Shown: positions 43,930-54,230, numbered from the stretch's first letter. The stretch: 64,000 bases of DNA from Desulfobacterales bacterium (GCA_963668645.2 CAXXWC010000021.1:1440001-1504000), one strand, 5' to 3'. Translations and numbers: made by a program. The notes: generated by a model not told the origin, from the sequence alone.

Positions 43930-45455
43930 TCCTGGTCCAGCTCGTTGGCAAACATGCCGCTCAGTCGATAGGCTTCGCTCTGGGGCACGTGTTTCGGCTG
44001 GCCCGACAGGATCCCGACTACGTTATTGAAGGGGCGACCGATATGCAAGCCGTGTTCGTCAATACTAAATTCGCGAATGTTCTTATCATGCTTGGAGCCT
44101 CGCATTTTCAGCACGGTAAGGCCGCGTTTCATCTCGCCGAACATCTCCACATAGCGCAGCAGGATGATGCAATCTGTAATGGTGGAGATATGCTGCTCGG
44201 TAATCGACTCGCCTCCCAGCAGGCTCGACGTGGTGGAAGTGAACAACCCTGTGATTTGCCGCTCCTTGAGAAAAGAGGTGATGCCGATCACGAACTCTCT
44301 ATACCCCTTGAGGGTGGATACCCGTTCGAGAGCTGACAGGCTGTCTACGGCGACGCGGGTGGGCTTGAAGGCATTGACATGGTTTTTGATCATAATCAGA
44401 TGATCCTCCAGGCCGGCCGTTTCCGGATAAGCGGCAATCACCTTGAGCTTCCCTTCCTGTTCCATCTTTTCGAAATCTTGCCCCCAGCCGGAGGCATTCC
44501 GGAATAGCTGGTCCCGGCTCTCCTCGAAGGCAAACAGCATGCTGCGTTCCTCGGTCTTATTGTAATCTACGCCGACGATATATTCAGTGGTCATCAGGGT
44601 CTTGCCGCAACCCGTCGCCCCGGAGATAAGCAGGATGGAATCACGAAACAGGCCGCCGCTGCACATGGTGTCCAGTTCTGCGTTGCCCGAGGTGATACGC
44701 GTCTTGTCCGATTTTTGTTCGAGCTGGATTTCTGACAGCGGGATAACGATGATCCCTTCGCCGGGCATGACGGTAAAGGGGAACTCCCCCTTGCGGTGAT
44801 TGGCGCCGCGAAACTTGAGGATCTCGATGGTGCGGCGGCGCTTCTCACCATCCAGCGCGTTGCGCAGAATGATGACGTTGTCGGTGACGAACTCCTCCAC
44901 CCCGAAACGGGAAATTTCGCCATATTCATCGACCCGCTCAGCGGTAATCAGCGAAGTCAGGCCCATCGCTTTCATTTTCGAGGCTATTTGAAACAATTCG
45001 CGGCGCACCACGGACTTATCGGCAAACTGGGAGAAGATCGCGCCGAGGGAATCCAGCGCAAGTCGCGTCGCCCCGACGCGTTTAACGGCCATCTCGATGC
45101 GTATCATCAAGGCACCCAGATCGTAGCTGCCCGACTCGACGGATCTCTCGTCAATGCGGACCGAGGCATCGACAAAGGTCAGCATCCCCTCCTGCTCCCA
45201 TTTCTTGAGATTCCAGCCGAAACAAAGCATGTTGCGCCGGATGTCCTCAGGAGACTCTTCGAAGGTAATGAACACGGCGGTCTGGCCTCTCCTGATGCCT
45301 TCCACCAGATGCTGAACGGCCAGGATCGTCTTGGCACTGCCCGAAGTGCCGGAAACCAGCGTGGTGCGGCCTGTCGGCAATCCGCCAATGGTGATATGAT
45401 CCAGACCTGGAATACCTGTTAAAAGTTTCTTAATCTGAGACATTTCCTTAGTCAT
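43926..45455 (-). CDS. kaiC: Circadian clock ATPase/kinase KaiC (double-domain, KaiC3-like)
   Basis: CI Walker A GTSGSAKT + FEES; CII GATGCGKT + FEES; phosphosite motif HISTITD; KMRGSKHD; C-terminal A-loop/tail GILSGQP...EAYRLSGMF. Confidence 0.96.
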   Translation of the reverse strand: MTKEMSQIKKLLTGIPGLDHITIGGLPTGRTTLVSGTSGSAKTILAVQHLVEGIRRGQTAVFITFEESPEDIRRNMLCFGWNLKKWEQEGMLTFVDASVRIDERSVESGSYDLGALMIRIEMAVKRVGATRLALDSLGAIFSQFADKSVVRRELFQIASKMKAMGLTSLITAERVDEYGEISRFGVEEFVTDNVIILRNALDGEKRRRTIEILKFRGANHRKGEFPFTVMPGEGIIVIPLSEIQLEQKSDKTRITSGNAELDTMCSGGLFRDSILLISGATGCGKTLMTTEYIVGVDYNKTEERSMLFAFEESRDQLFRNASGWGQDFEKMEQEGKLKVIAAYPETAGLEDHLIMIKNHVNAFKPTRVAVDSLSALERVSTLKGYREFVIGITSFLKERQITGLFTSTTSSLLGGESITEQHISTITDCIILLRYVEMFGEMKRGLTVLKMRGSKHDKNIREFSIDEHGLHIGRPFNNVVGILSGQPKHVPQSEAYRLSGMFANELDQD

Positions 45456-45676
45456 GCCAAATTCCTCTATTGAACCTGAATTAAATTTTGCGGCTCAATC
45501 CCAAAAGTTTGGCCGCCACATTTTCGTTTCCACGTGACAACTCGAGGGCCCTTTTAGCTCTTGATAACTATCTTTGATCCATCGTTTGCGATTCATTCCG
45601 ATTTTAAAATTCGACGATCCCGTTTACCGGGCACGCATTATCCTTAAGAGAATTCTTTATGCCCGAATCGTTTAGA

Positions 45677-45973
45677 TTAGGGGGCGAATCTATTCACAGT
45701 CACGAGGTCAAGTCCCAGCAACACCTTCTCGGTGATGGACAAATCTCCAATAACCCGCCGTAAAGGTTCGGGCAACACCTTGACCAACGTCGGCGTCGCG
45801 AGGATCCGCTCATCCTCGGCGAGTTGAGGCTGCTCAAGGATGTTAATAATTTCCAGATCGTATTCTCCGTCGAGTTCGTTCTCGCAAATCGATTTGATGT
45901 TTTCAATGGCGCGTTTCGACTGCGGAGTAAAACCGGTAATAAACAGCTTGAGCAGATACTTATCGTCTGGCAT
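45677..45973 (-). CDS. kaiB: Circadian clock protein KaiB
   Basis: YLLKLFITG, PQLAEDERILATPTLVKVLPEPLRRVIGDLS..EKVLLGLD. Confidence 0.96.
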   Translation of the reverse strand: MPDDKYLLKLFITGFTPQSKRAIENIKSICENELDGEYDLEIINILEQPQLAEDERILATPTLVKVLPEPLRRVIGDLSITEKVLLGLDLVTVNRFAP

Positions 45974-46526
45974 GGTTATTCTTCCTATTCTTTTTAAAAA
46001 TTAAACAACAGATGATATCTTGCGCCCAAACCACTGCACATGCCCCCATGGGGTGTTCCGCAACCACCGTTGCAGGTCTTCTCGGAATTCGGGATAACAG
46101 GCGACTAACGTGGAGCCAGAACCGCTTTCGGCGGTAAACCGATATACCAACGCCGTCAACTTTCGCCAGACGCATCAGGAAAAAAGCCTGATACAAGTTC
46201 ACCACTGGTTCGAGTTGAGGATCCGACGGGGGAGGTGGAAGGTTTAGAACAGATGACAACATCTATTGTCAATCACTCATTGAGTGGTTACTTAATAACG
46301 GAAATTTCACAAGCGCATTGGCTCCCCGCCCCTTGACCGGACCGAGACTCTTTAATTTCAACGCTCTCGATCTACGGAGAAGGACATAAATCAGTTTTCA
46401 TAACAAAGCTCCCAGACCAAGTCAATCTCAAATGATCCCCGCACAATCGACTGCACTCGTTCCGCCACCCGCAGCCGGATTGAGTCCAATTCGGCACCGT
46501 CGATCCATCAAAAAGCAGACCTCGTT

Positions 46527-46680
46527 TTACTCTTTGATCGCCCTGTCGAGTTTGGCGTAGTGGTCGTCGATCCACTTCTTGCTGTGGCACTGGGCGCATC
46601 CGGCTTTCATCTTGTCGCGCTCGGTCTGCCAGTTGGTATTGGCCCGAGCGGACCAGGTTGCGGGGCAGTCCACGCAATTT
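46527..46680 (-). pseudogene. Remnant of a multiheme cytochrome c (HAO/octaheme-like)
   Basis: TNWQTERDKMKAGCAQCHSKKWIDDHYAKLD with one CxxCH and a CVDC just upstream; no credible start, early stop, adjacent to an IS end. Confidence 0.55.
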
Positions 46681-46778
46681 TTCTCATCGCCGGGCCGGGG
46701 GCGATCCTTGCGGCGGGGATTGCCGGGCCGTTGGTCCGTTGTTTTTGGCTCCGCGCTTGTTATGTTTACTTCGGTCAA

Positions 46779-48562
46779 CCTGAGCTTGGGTTTGGGAAAC
46801 GTAGGAACACAAAACTGGCGCAAAGCCTTATCTGGCACGCATCTGTGGCGATGAATGAAATCCAGCGTGTGTCTACAGTTTTCGCCCCTTTTCAGGGCTG
46901 ATTTTCAAGCGAGAAGACCTGTTGCGGAGCTTTGATTTCAAGCGCTTTCAGCATGTTGGCAGTTTTCGCGGGGATCTCCTTGCGCATAAGCACACGGTAA
47001 TTTAAATTGTAAAGTTTTGTGATCTGTAGCTTGTCCAGCGACCGGCGAATTCGGTGCCAGGGCAGGCCGCATTCGAGTTCGGCCACCCGCTCGATCATCA
47101 GCGCCAGCACACAGATCTTCACATGGGCCTCAATGCGCCGCGAGGCCCAGTGGTACATCGGCATCATCTTGATCTGGGTGCGCTTGAGCGAGCGAAAGCA
47201 GCGCTCTATGACCATCAGCCCTTTGTACCCGCAGGCGGCGTCTTCGAGGCTGATGGTATCGTCGTTGGTTTCCACCACCCATTTGCCGTCGTATTTGGCC
47301 GCCGCCTTGATGGCCGCCCGGTCGATTCGGACCTGGTTGCCCTTGGTGATGCGCAGATACCGCTTGAAGCGCGCCGAGGCCAACAGCTCGATCGCCCACT
47401 GAGCCGTGGCCGATGGGTCCGGGTGCCGATCGAGTTCGGTTTCGAGCATTTGAACGATCGTTTCACGGTGTAGCCGCTGGCGTTTGGCTTCCTTGGGGTT
47501 GTAGCACAGGATGTAGCGCTTGCGCCTTTCGCCGTTGCCAACGATGACTTCTTTTGCGTGCAGGTTGTCTCGGATGACGGTGTAGCGGCCGCGTTTGCTC
47601 AGCACATCGCGTTTGATCTCGGCCACGCTGGCCATCCGGCAGGCCAGAAGGTACTTGCCGCAAGCCCGGGCCAGTTCGTCGCGGTTGGTCTGCGAATTCA
47701 TGCCCGCGTCGGCTACAAACAGGGCACGACCCAGGTTCCAGCCCCTCAGATCGGCACGGATTTTTTCAACGGTGGTCACATCGGCCGTGTTGCCCGGCAG
47801 CACCCAACTGCGCACCGGGATGCCTTCGCGGGTCACGGCCAGGTCCACTACGACTTGGGGCGACCAGGTGCCTTCCTTGTTGCGGCCGAACTTGCGTATT
47901 GTGGCGTTGGTGTGCCGGTCACCGTCATCTTCCCGGTCGACATGGAACGAGGCCGTGGTGGTGTCGTAGAAGATCAGATCCACGGTGAGGCTGAACAGGT
48001 TGGTGGTATGGAAAAAGACGTTTTTTTCGACCTCTTCCGCATGTTCGTGAAGCAGATCCATGGCTTCGTACATGTAATCGAGCTTCAGTCCGTCGCATGA
48101 CGGCAGGTGGACCGTGGACAGCCAGCGATCCCAGACGCCCAGCTTGGATTCGGGCTCACAGAGCCGGTTGGCGGTCATGGCCAACAGGGCCCGTTCGTAG
48201 TTGATGCGAACCCCTTTGGCCTTGACGATGTCGGCCAGGGTCTTTCGAAGCCCCAACCGTTCCCAGAGGGCTTCGATAACCAGCGGGCAGCCGAAAGCGA
48301 GAGTTTCTTGAATTTTGAGGCTGTCAGCCAGTGCCGAGACCGCTTGGTCATTTTCGAGCGGATCGATGACGGTCAGGCCGCCCCACATAGCGTTTGAAAT
48401 ATTTCATGTCAAGGCCTGAATCACAAATATGTGTGCCTACAGTAGTTGGGCTCGAAAAACGGCTCGAATTTTTGTAACCGGTTGTTTTTATAGGGTGCGG
48501 GGTTATGGACAGTCGGATTTTGGGGGCGTTTTTTGCCTACAAATTCCAAACCCAAGTCCAGG
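46779..48562 (-). mobile_element. IS1634-family element (defective)
   Basis: Imperfect terminal IRs CTTGGGTTTGGGAAACGTAGG (46785-46805) vs reverse complement of 48536-48556 CTTGGGTTTGGAATTTGTAGG, extendable by about 6 bp; no target duplication seen. Confidence 0.75.
46892..48388 (-). pseudogene. IS1634 family transposase, probably N-terminally deleted
   Basis: ANRLCEPESKL, LIFYDTT, GNTAD, VADAG, IERCFRSLK, RIEAHV; begins abruptly at MWGGLTVIDP. Confidence 0.75.
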
Positions 48563-48645
48563 GCGTGTCGGAACTGATCAAGTGCCTATACGCCGCCGCA
48601 ACCGGCCTGGATCTGCACGAGGAAACCGAAGGCGTCGAGACATAA
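48559..48645 (+). pseudogene. 3' remnant of TRAP small permease (DctQ) cut by IS1634
   Basis: QGVSELIKCLYAAATGLDLHEETEGVET* starts at the IS end and stops just before the dctM RBS. Confidence 0.65.
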
Positions 48646-48663
48646 GGTATAAGGAGAGCGGCC

Positions 48664-49981
48664 ATGTCCCCTGAAATTCTCGGATTGCTTTCGCTGGCGA
48701 GCCTGTTCGGCTTTATCTGCGTCGGCTTTCCCATCTCGTTCACACTGATCATTCTGAGCATCGTCACCGGCTACATCGGCATCGGCCAGGTGGTCTTCCA
48801 CTTGATGACGTTGCAGTTCTACTCCGTCATGACCGACACGGTGTTGTCGGCCGTACCGTTTTTTCTCTTTATGGGATATATCCTGGAGAACTCCGGCCTG
48901 ATGGACCGTCTCTTCAAGGCGTTTCAGTCCATGCTGGCCCGGCTGCCCGGCTCGCTCTACCTGGCAGTAACCTCGACGGCCACGATTTTCGCCGCGGCCA
49001 CGGGCATCGTCGGCTCTTCGATCACCTTGCTGGGGGTCATGGCGGCGCCCACCATGCGTGAAAGCAAGTACGACGTGCGTCTGTCCGCCGGTTGCATATC
49101 GGCCGGAGGCACCCGGGGCATCCTGATCCCACCGAGCATCATGCTGGTGGTTATGGGCCCGGTGGTTGGCATGCCGGTGACCGATCTGTTCGCCGCCGCC
49201 ATCTTTCCCGGCATCATGCTGGCGACGATCTACATCACCTACACCCTGATACGCTGCATGTTCAACCCGCAGCTGGGCCCCCCCCTGCCACCCGAGTTGC
49301 GCCCGCCGTCGCTGAAGTGGGTCGCCAAAGAGTTGGCCCTCGGGGTTGTGCCGGTGGCGACTCTGATCCTGGCTACGCTGGGCAGCATCATGGCCGGCAT
49401 GGCCACGCCCACCGAGGGGGCTGCGGCCGGCGCCTTCGGCTCGCTGGTGCTGACCCTGGCCTACCGGCGCCTGACCTGGGAAGGGCTGCGCAAATCGATG
49501 TACCGCACAGTGGAGATCTCGGCCATGATCCTGCTGCTGGTGGCCGCCTCGAACTTCTTCGGCTCGGTCTTCTCGCGCCTCGGTTCAGCCACCATGCTCA
49601 CCCAGCTGCTGATGGGAATGCATCTGGACCCGATGATCATGCTGGCCTTGATCATGATCTTGATCTTCATCCTCGGCTGGCCGCTGGAATGGGTGCCCAT
49701 CGTACTGATCATCGTGCCGATCCTCATGCCCCTGGTGCGCCAGATGGAGTACAACCTGCTCTGGTTCTGCACCCTGGGTGGCCGTGACCCTGCAGACCGC
49801 ATGGCTCTCGCCTCCGGTGGCCCTGTCGGCCTATTTTCTCAAGGGGGTGGTGCCCGACTGGCAGCTCAAGGACATCTACATCGGCATGATGCAGTTCATG
49901 GTCCTGCAGATGCTGGGACTGTTTATCATCATGTTCTTTCCCCAGATCGCCACCTGGCTGCCGGCCTACCTTTCCCGGTAG
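48664..49981 (+). pseudogene. TRAP large permease (DctM), frameshifted
   Basis: Extra G at about 49776 (ACC CTG GGT GGC C instead of ACC CTG GTG GCC); true C-terminus VAVTLQTAWLSPPVALSAYFLKGV lies in another frame, ending at 49981; GGTRGILIPPS in place of the usual GGTLG. Confidence 0.85.
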
Positions 49982-50003
49982 CCGCCCGCATGCCACCAGA
50001 CAC

Positions 50004-50040
50004 AAGGCCGCTCCCTTTCAACGGGAGCGGCCTTCTATTT
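50004..50040 (+). terminator. Intrinsic terminator after dctM
   Basis: AAGGCCGCTCCC-7nt-GGGAGCGGCCTT then CTATTT. Confidence 0.75.
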
Positions 50041-50065
50041 GGCGACGATGGATCTGCGGAAACCG

Positions 50066-50278
50066 TCAAGATTGATGCAACCGGAATGCATGCACCACCG
50101 ACAGTGGATAGCACACCGCCGGGTCGCCGAAAGGGGAGATTTCACCGGGCGCCAGAGGGTTAAAACCGGCGCCATGATCCCAGTACTCCACGCCGCTGAT
50201 CACCGTTCCGTCCAGAAGGCGGATGTCGTAAACCATCGCATCCTGTGGCCGCGGCGGACCAATGGTCGTCCATTCCAT
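50066..50278 (-). CDS. Hypothetical protein (70 aa)
   Basis: RBS GGAG before ATG 50278; MEWTTIGPPRPQDAMVYDIRLLDG... Confidence 0.5.
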   Translation of the reverse strand: MEWTTIGPPRPQDAMVYDIRLLDGTVISGVEYWDHGAGFNPLAPGEISPFGDPAVCYPLSVVHAFRLHQS

Positions 50279-50321
50279 TATAGGCTCCCGTCCGGTAAAA
50301 AATCGAGATGGGTGGCAGGGG

Positions 50322-50549
50322 TTAGTGCGGGGCACCCGGTGGAGCCAGCCGTCGCTCCAAGTCCGCGCAGGTATCGACAGCCTTCTTGAGCCCCTCCAGT
50401 TGCCAGGTGAAACGATCGTCCCAGCGCAAACTCTCTGATGAGGGGCCGTATTGACGCAGCAGGGCATAGGCTTCGGCCATGCTTCCGGCAGCCTCCCGCA
50501 GCAAATGACTCACCCGTTCCAGCTCTTCTTGTGCATCTGGATGACTCAT
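50322..50549 (-). CDS. Hypothetical helical protein (75 aa)
   Basis: RBS GAGGAG; plausible composition; co-oriented with HU. Confidence 0.55.
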   Translation of the reverse strand: MSHPDAQEELERVSHLLREAAGSMAEAYALLRQYGPSSESLRWDDRFTWQLEGLKKAVDTCADLERRLAPPGAPH

Positions 50550-50657
50550 TGTTGCTCCTCGACCTTCCCAGTCCGTCGGTGGCTCAAAAGCATGAGGGGC
50601 CGCTGCACGCCCTATTGCGTGATGCCGCCCCCCACAAAAATCGATTCTTCCTGCCGA

Positions 50658-50930
50658 TCAGACCGCGTCCTTGAGTTTCTTCCCCGGGGTGAACTTGACC
50701 ACGTTGTGGGCCTTGATGGTGATCTTTTCGCCGGTTTGCGGGTTGCGCCCCTTGCGGGCCTTGCGGCGCACCTTCTGAAAGGTACCGAAGCCCACCAGGG
50801 TAACCTTGCCGTCCTTCTTTTTGAGGGCGCCGGTCACCCCGCCGACAAAAGAATCCAGCGCCGCTGCCGCCGCAGCCTTTGATATGCCGGCATCTTTCGC
50901 CATCTGCTCCACCAATTCGGCCTTCGTCAT
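50658..50930 (-). CDS. hup: HU family DNA-binding protein
   Basis: MTKAEL, LVGFGTF, RKGRNPQTGE, FTPGKKLKDAV. Confidence 0.96.
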   Translation of the reverse strand: MTKAELVEQMAKDAGISKAAAAAALDSFVGGVTGALKKKDGKVTLVGFGTFQKVRRKARKGRNPQTGEKITIKAHNVVKFTPGKKLKDAV

Positions 50931-51288
50931 CTCCAACCTCCTTCATTTTTGGGTCTTAAGGTGAACAGCAGGATCGCCACCCTGGCTTAGACCATAAATC
51001 ATTATGGATTTCAAGCATCAATTCGCCCCAAGCCCCAGGATGGTCAGTACTGACAGGCCTTTGGTGGCAAATAGGGCTGTAAAACACCTGCCGTTAAGGC
51101 CTGGGCGAAAGGCCGCGAGAAGGATCATGCGAATTCAAGGAGACGGCCCTGAGGTGGTTTTCCACTTTCATAACAGATTGTTATATGAGCCCCCACCGCC
51201 TTGGAACATCCGGATAAGTCCTTAATCCGCACTAATTTCCGGCCCCGGCACTGACCGGAAAGCGTCTTCCCGATATGGGCGTCCGATT

Positions 51289-52689
51289 TCAACCTTCCGT
51301 CCGGGGGCACGGTTTTGCCAGAAATCCCATCCAATGCATCAGCACCAGAGCCACGGCCATCACGCCGGCAAAGACCGCCACGGTCGTCAGCACGCTCCAT
51401 TGCCACCAGAGCGGACCGTTGACCAGCACGGTGCATCCCCCCACCACCGGCAGCGCAAAAACGTTCATCACGGCCACCTCGAAGGCCGCCGGGGTGCGAA
51501 ACTCCGGGTCGGCGATGCGCAGCAGCAGCAGGCCGCAGGAGACCGTTCCGGTGACCACGCCGTAAATCGCCGCGGTCCGCTCGAGTTGAAAGGCGTCCAA
51601 CCGCCGGCCGAACCAGACCACCAATCCGGTGGTGGCCACGGCATTGACCAGGCAGATCAGGCCGATGGGCAGGGCATAGTTCCAGACGACGGTCAACTGG
51701 ATGGCCACAACCGTGGCGACGATCAGGTAGTCCACCGACCAGCCGGTGATACGCCGCTGGATCCCGGGGTCGACCAGATGCAGAGCGCCGCTCCAGGCCA
51801 ATATCTTCTTGAGGAGCAACGATCCGCCCAGGCCGAAAAAAAAGAAAAAGCCCCACAGAATCCGCGCGTCGTTGGGCCCCATGATGTTGAGGATCACAAG
51901 GATCTGGACCAGGCCCGCAACGAACAGATAACAGACCCCGTAGACCAGTCCCACCAGCGCGGCCTGGAAGGCCAGGGTTTCGGCGTTGCCCGAATGGATC
52001 GTCAGCTCGCCGGCTTTTTCCCGGGCCCCGGCGGACAGAATCCCCCGTAGAAAATCTCGGGGCAACCGGTGGCTGGACCCGCCGGCGGCCCGGCCGCGGC
52101 GGATCCAGCGATTGACCAGGGGGACGCCGATGAAAAAAGCGCAAAAATACCCTGCTGCGGCGAAAGTCAGACCGATGGTGGCGGCATCGGCAAAGCCCAC
52201 CGTTTGCCACACCTTGCCGATGGACAAGGCCTGGCCCGGCCCTTCGTTGAAACCCAGCGGCACGAGGAAACCGAAGGTGGGAAAAAGTTCGATGCCGGCC
52301 CAGCCGAGAAAAATTACCGCCAGCCCACCTAAAACGGCCTGCAGGGGAAAGGTGAGCGCCTGGATAAGCGCCATCCAGGCGGCTCCGCGCATCAGTTGGC
52401 GCGAAGGCCTCGCTTCGGCTTCTTCCTCACGGGTCAGCCCCACAGAAATGAATGATATGTTGAAAAAGTGGTAGGCCAGCGACTCGACCAGTGAAAGGTC
52501 AAGGCGGACCAGCCCGAAGTGGACCAGCACGAGCCCCAGCACACCGCCGACCAGGCAACTGGGAAAAAGGAAGCGCTGCAACAGGCCGATGCGCGCCCGG
52601 AGGACCACACCGGCCAGCAGCATGGTGGAAAGAAAAGCGAAAACCAGAATGCCGTCGAAGGGAAAGGGGGTGTTCATGGCAGGTTCCAT
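51289..52689 (-). CDS. Sodium:glutamate symporter (GltS/ESS) family
   Basis: FLFPSCLVGG, GFNEGPGQA, YGVVTGT...GLLLLRIADP; many TM. Confidence 0.85.
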   Translation of the reverse strand: MEPAMNTPFPFDGILVFAFLSTMLLAGVVLRARIGLLQRFLFPSCLVGGVLGLVLVHFGLVRLDLSLVESLAYHFFNISFISVGLTREEEAEARPSRQLMRGAAWMALIQALTFPLQAVLGGLAVIFLGWAGIELFPTFGFLVPLGFNEGPGQALSIGKVWQTVGFADAATIGLTFAAAGYFCAFFIGVPLVNRWIRRGRAAGGSSHRLPRDFLRGILSAGAREKAGELTIHSGNAETLAFQAALVGLVYGVCYLFVAGLVQILVILNIMGPNDARILWGFFFFFGLGGSLLLKKILAWSGALHLVDPGIQRRITGWSVDYLIVATVVAIQLTVVWNYALPIGLICLVNAVATTGLVVWFGRRLDAFQLERTAAIYGVVTGTVSCGLLLLRIADPEFRTPAAFEVAVMNVFALPVVGGCTVLVNGPLWWQWSVLTTVAVFAGVMAVALVLMHWMGFLAKPCPRTEG

Positions 52690-52771
52690 AATGTTTTGGA
52701 TTTCAACTTTCCGGTTTTATTCCGCCTCGAAATGGACCAGTTACCGGCCTTGCTACCGAGGGCTGTGAATC

Positions 52772-54214
52772 TCAATCCTGGACAAAGAGCGCGTTGACAT
52801 ATGCCGTCAGGATCTTTTCCCGTGCCGGGGCCGGCAGCAGATTCAGGACCCCGTTGATCTCGGCGGTGCGCTCGGGCAGTCCGCCCCCCTGCCCCATGCC
52901 GGCCATGGCCAGCATCCCGGCGATGTCCGCGTCGGAGAGGTTTTCCAGATCGATCCCATCAAGGCTCTGGCGCACCAGTTCCACCAGTTGGCCCGGGGGG
53001 GTTCGGCGGGCCGTCTCGACGCAGGCGGCCAGATCGGCCAGCAGGGCGTCCTCGTTGCCCAGGTTGGAGGCATTGATCGACAGGTGAATATGGGCCGGCG
53101 ATTCGGCGTAGGCCAGCGCCGGCTGGATGTACCAGCCGCGGAGGTTCATCTCGTCGACGATCTGGAACACATCCACCGCATCCGAGGTAAAGGCCACCAG
53201 GCACATGTCCGGCCGGGCGGTGAGCCGCAAATGGGGAATTTTTTCGATCCCGGCGGTAATCTTTTCGATGGCGGCCAGCTTGCGCCGCGCGATCTCGAGA
53301 TACCCGTTGTCGCCCACGTAGTGCAGTACGGCCCAGGCCGCGGCCATGGGGCCACCCGACTTGCTGCTTTGAACCGCATTGTTAATGATGGTATAGCCGA
53401 CCCAGTTGGAACAGGCAAAAATCTGGTGGCGGCGCAGGTCTTTGTTGCGGTACAGGACCACCGAAGCGCCCTTGGGGCAGTAGGCGTACTTGTGCAGATC
53501 CACCGAGATGGAAGAGACCCCTGGAACGGTAAAATCGAAGTCCGGCATCGACCGGCCCAGACGCCTGAAATAGGGCAGCAAAAAGCCGCCCATGCATCCG
53601 TCGGTGTGAAACCAGAGCCCGTGCTCCCGGGCGATGGCGGCCATCTCGGGGATCGGATCCACCACCCCGTGCGCATAGCTCGGGGCCGAGCCGACGATCA
53701 TGATGGTGTCATGGCCCACGGCCCGGGCCACTGCCGCCGGATCGGCCCGCATGGTGTGCGGATCGACCGGTGTGGGCACCACCAGCACATCGAAATAGTG
53801 GGCCGCCTTGTGAAAGGCGGCATGCCCGGTGGTGGGCAGGATCATCTCGGGCGTCTTGATCTCGGGGCGCATCTGGCGAAAATAGTCGCGGGCGGTCTTG
53901 ACCGCCAGCAGGATGCTTTCGGTGCCGCCGGAAGTGAAGTTGCCCACCACCTCCTTGTCACCGCCCAGGTGCTCGGCCATGAGGGCCGCCAACTCCTTTT
54001 CCAGGCGCATCAGGCTCTTGAAAACGGTAAAATCCAGACCGTTTTCAGACAAAAACATGGTGTAGGCCTGCTTGCCGATCGCCATCACCTCCTGGCCCGG
54101 ATCGAAGATGTAACCGAAGGTACGCCCCCCCTGCCATTTGAGGTCGTCTTTGCGAAAGGCAGCCAGCCGATCGAACACTTCTTCGCGGGTCCATCCATTT
54201 TCAGGCAACTGCAT
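52772..54214 (-). CDS. PLP-dependent sphingosine-1-phosphate-lyase-like / group II decarboxylase
   Basis: TSGGTESILLAVK, HAAFHKAA, SAPSYAHGVVDP, HTDGCMGG, DLHKY..PKGAS. Confidence 0.85.
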   Translation of the reverse strand: MQLPENGWTREEVFDRLAAFRKDDLKWQGGRTFGYIFDPGQEVMAIGKQAYTMFLSENGLDFTVFKSLMRLEKELAALMAEHLGGDKEVVGNFTSGGTESILLAVKTARDYFRQMRPEIKTPEMILPTTGHAAFHKAAHYFDVLVVPTPVDPHTMRADPAAVARAVGHDTIMIVGSAPSYAHGVVDPIPEMAAIAREHGLWFHTDGCMGGFLLPYFRRLGRSMPDFDFTVPGVSSISVDLHKYAYCPKGASVVLYRNKDLRRHQIFACSNWVGYTIINNAVQSSKSGGPMAAAWAVLHYVGDNGYLEIARRKLAAIEKITAGIEKIPHLRLTARPDMCLVAFTSDAVDVFQIVDEMNLRGWYIQPALAYAESPAHIHLSINASNLGNEDALLADLAACVETARRTPPGQLVELVRQSLDGIDLENLSDADIAGMLAMAGMGQGGGLPERTAEINGVLNLLPAPAREKILTAYVNALFVQD

Positions 54215-54230
54215 GAAATCACCTCCATTT

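Noticed and set aside
45960..46262. 100-aa ORF upstream of kaiB as a canonical kaiA
   Set aside because: No KaiA-like motif, atypical composition and no clear RBS; probably non-coding
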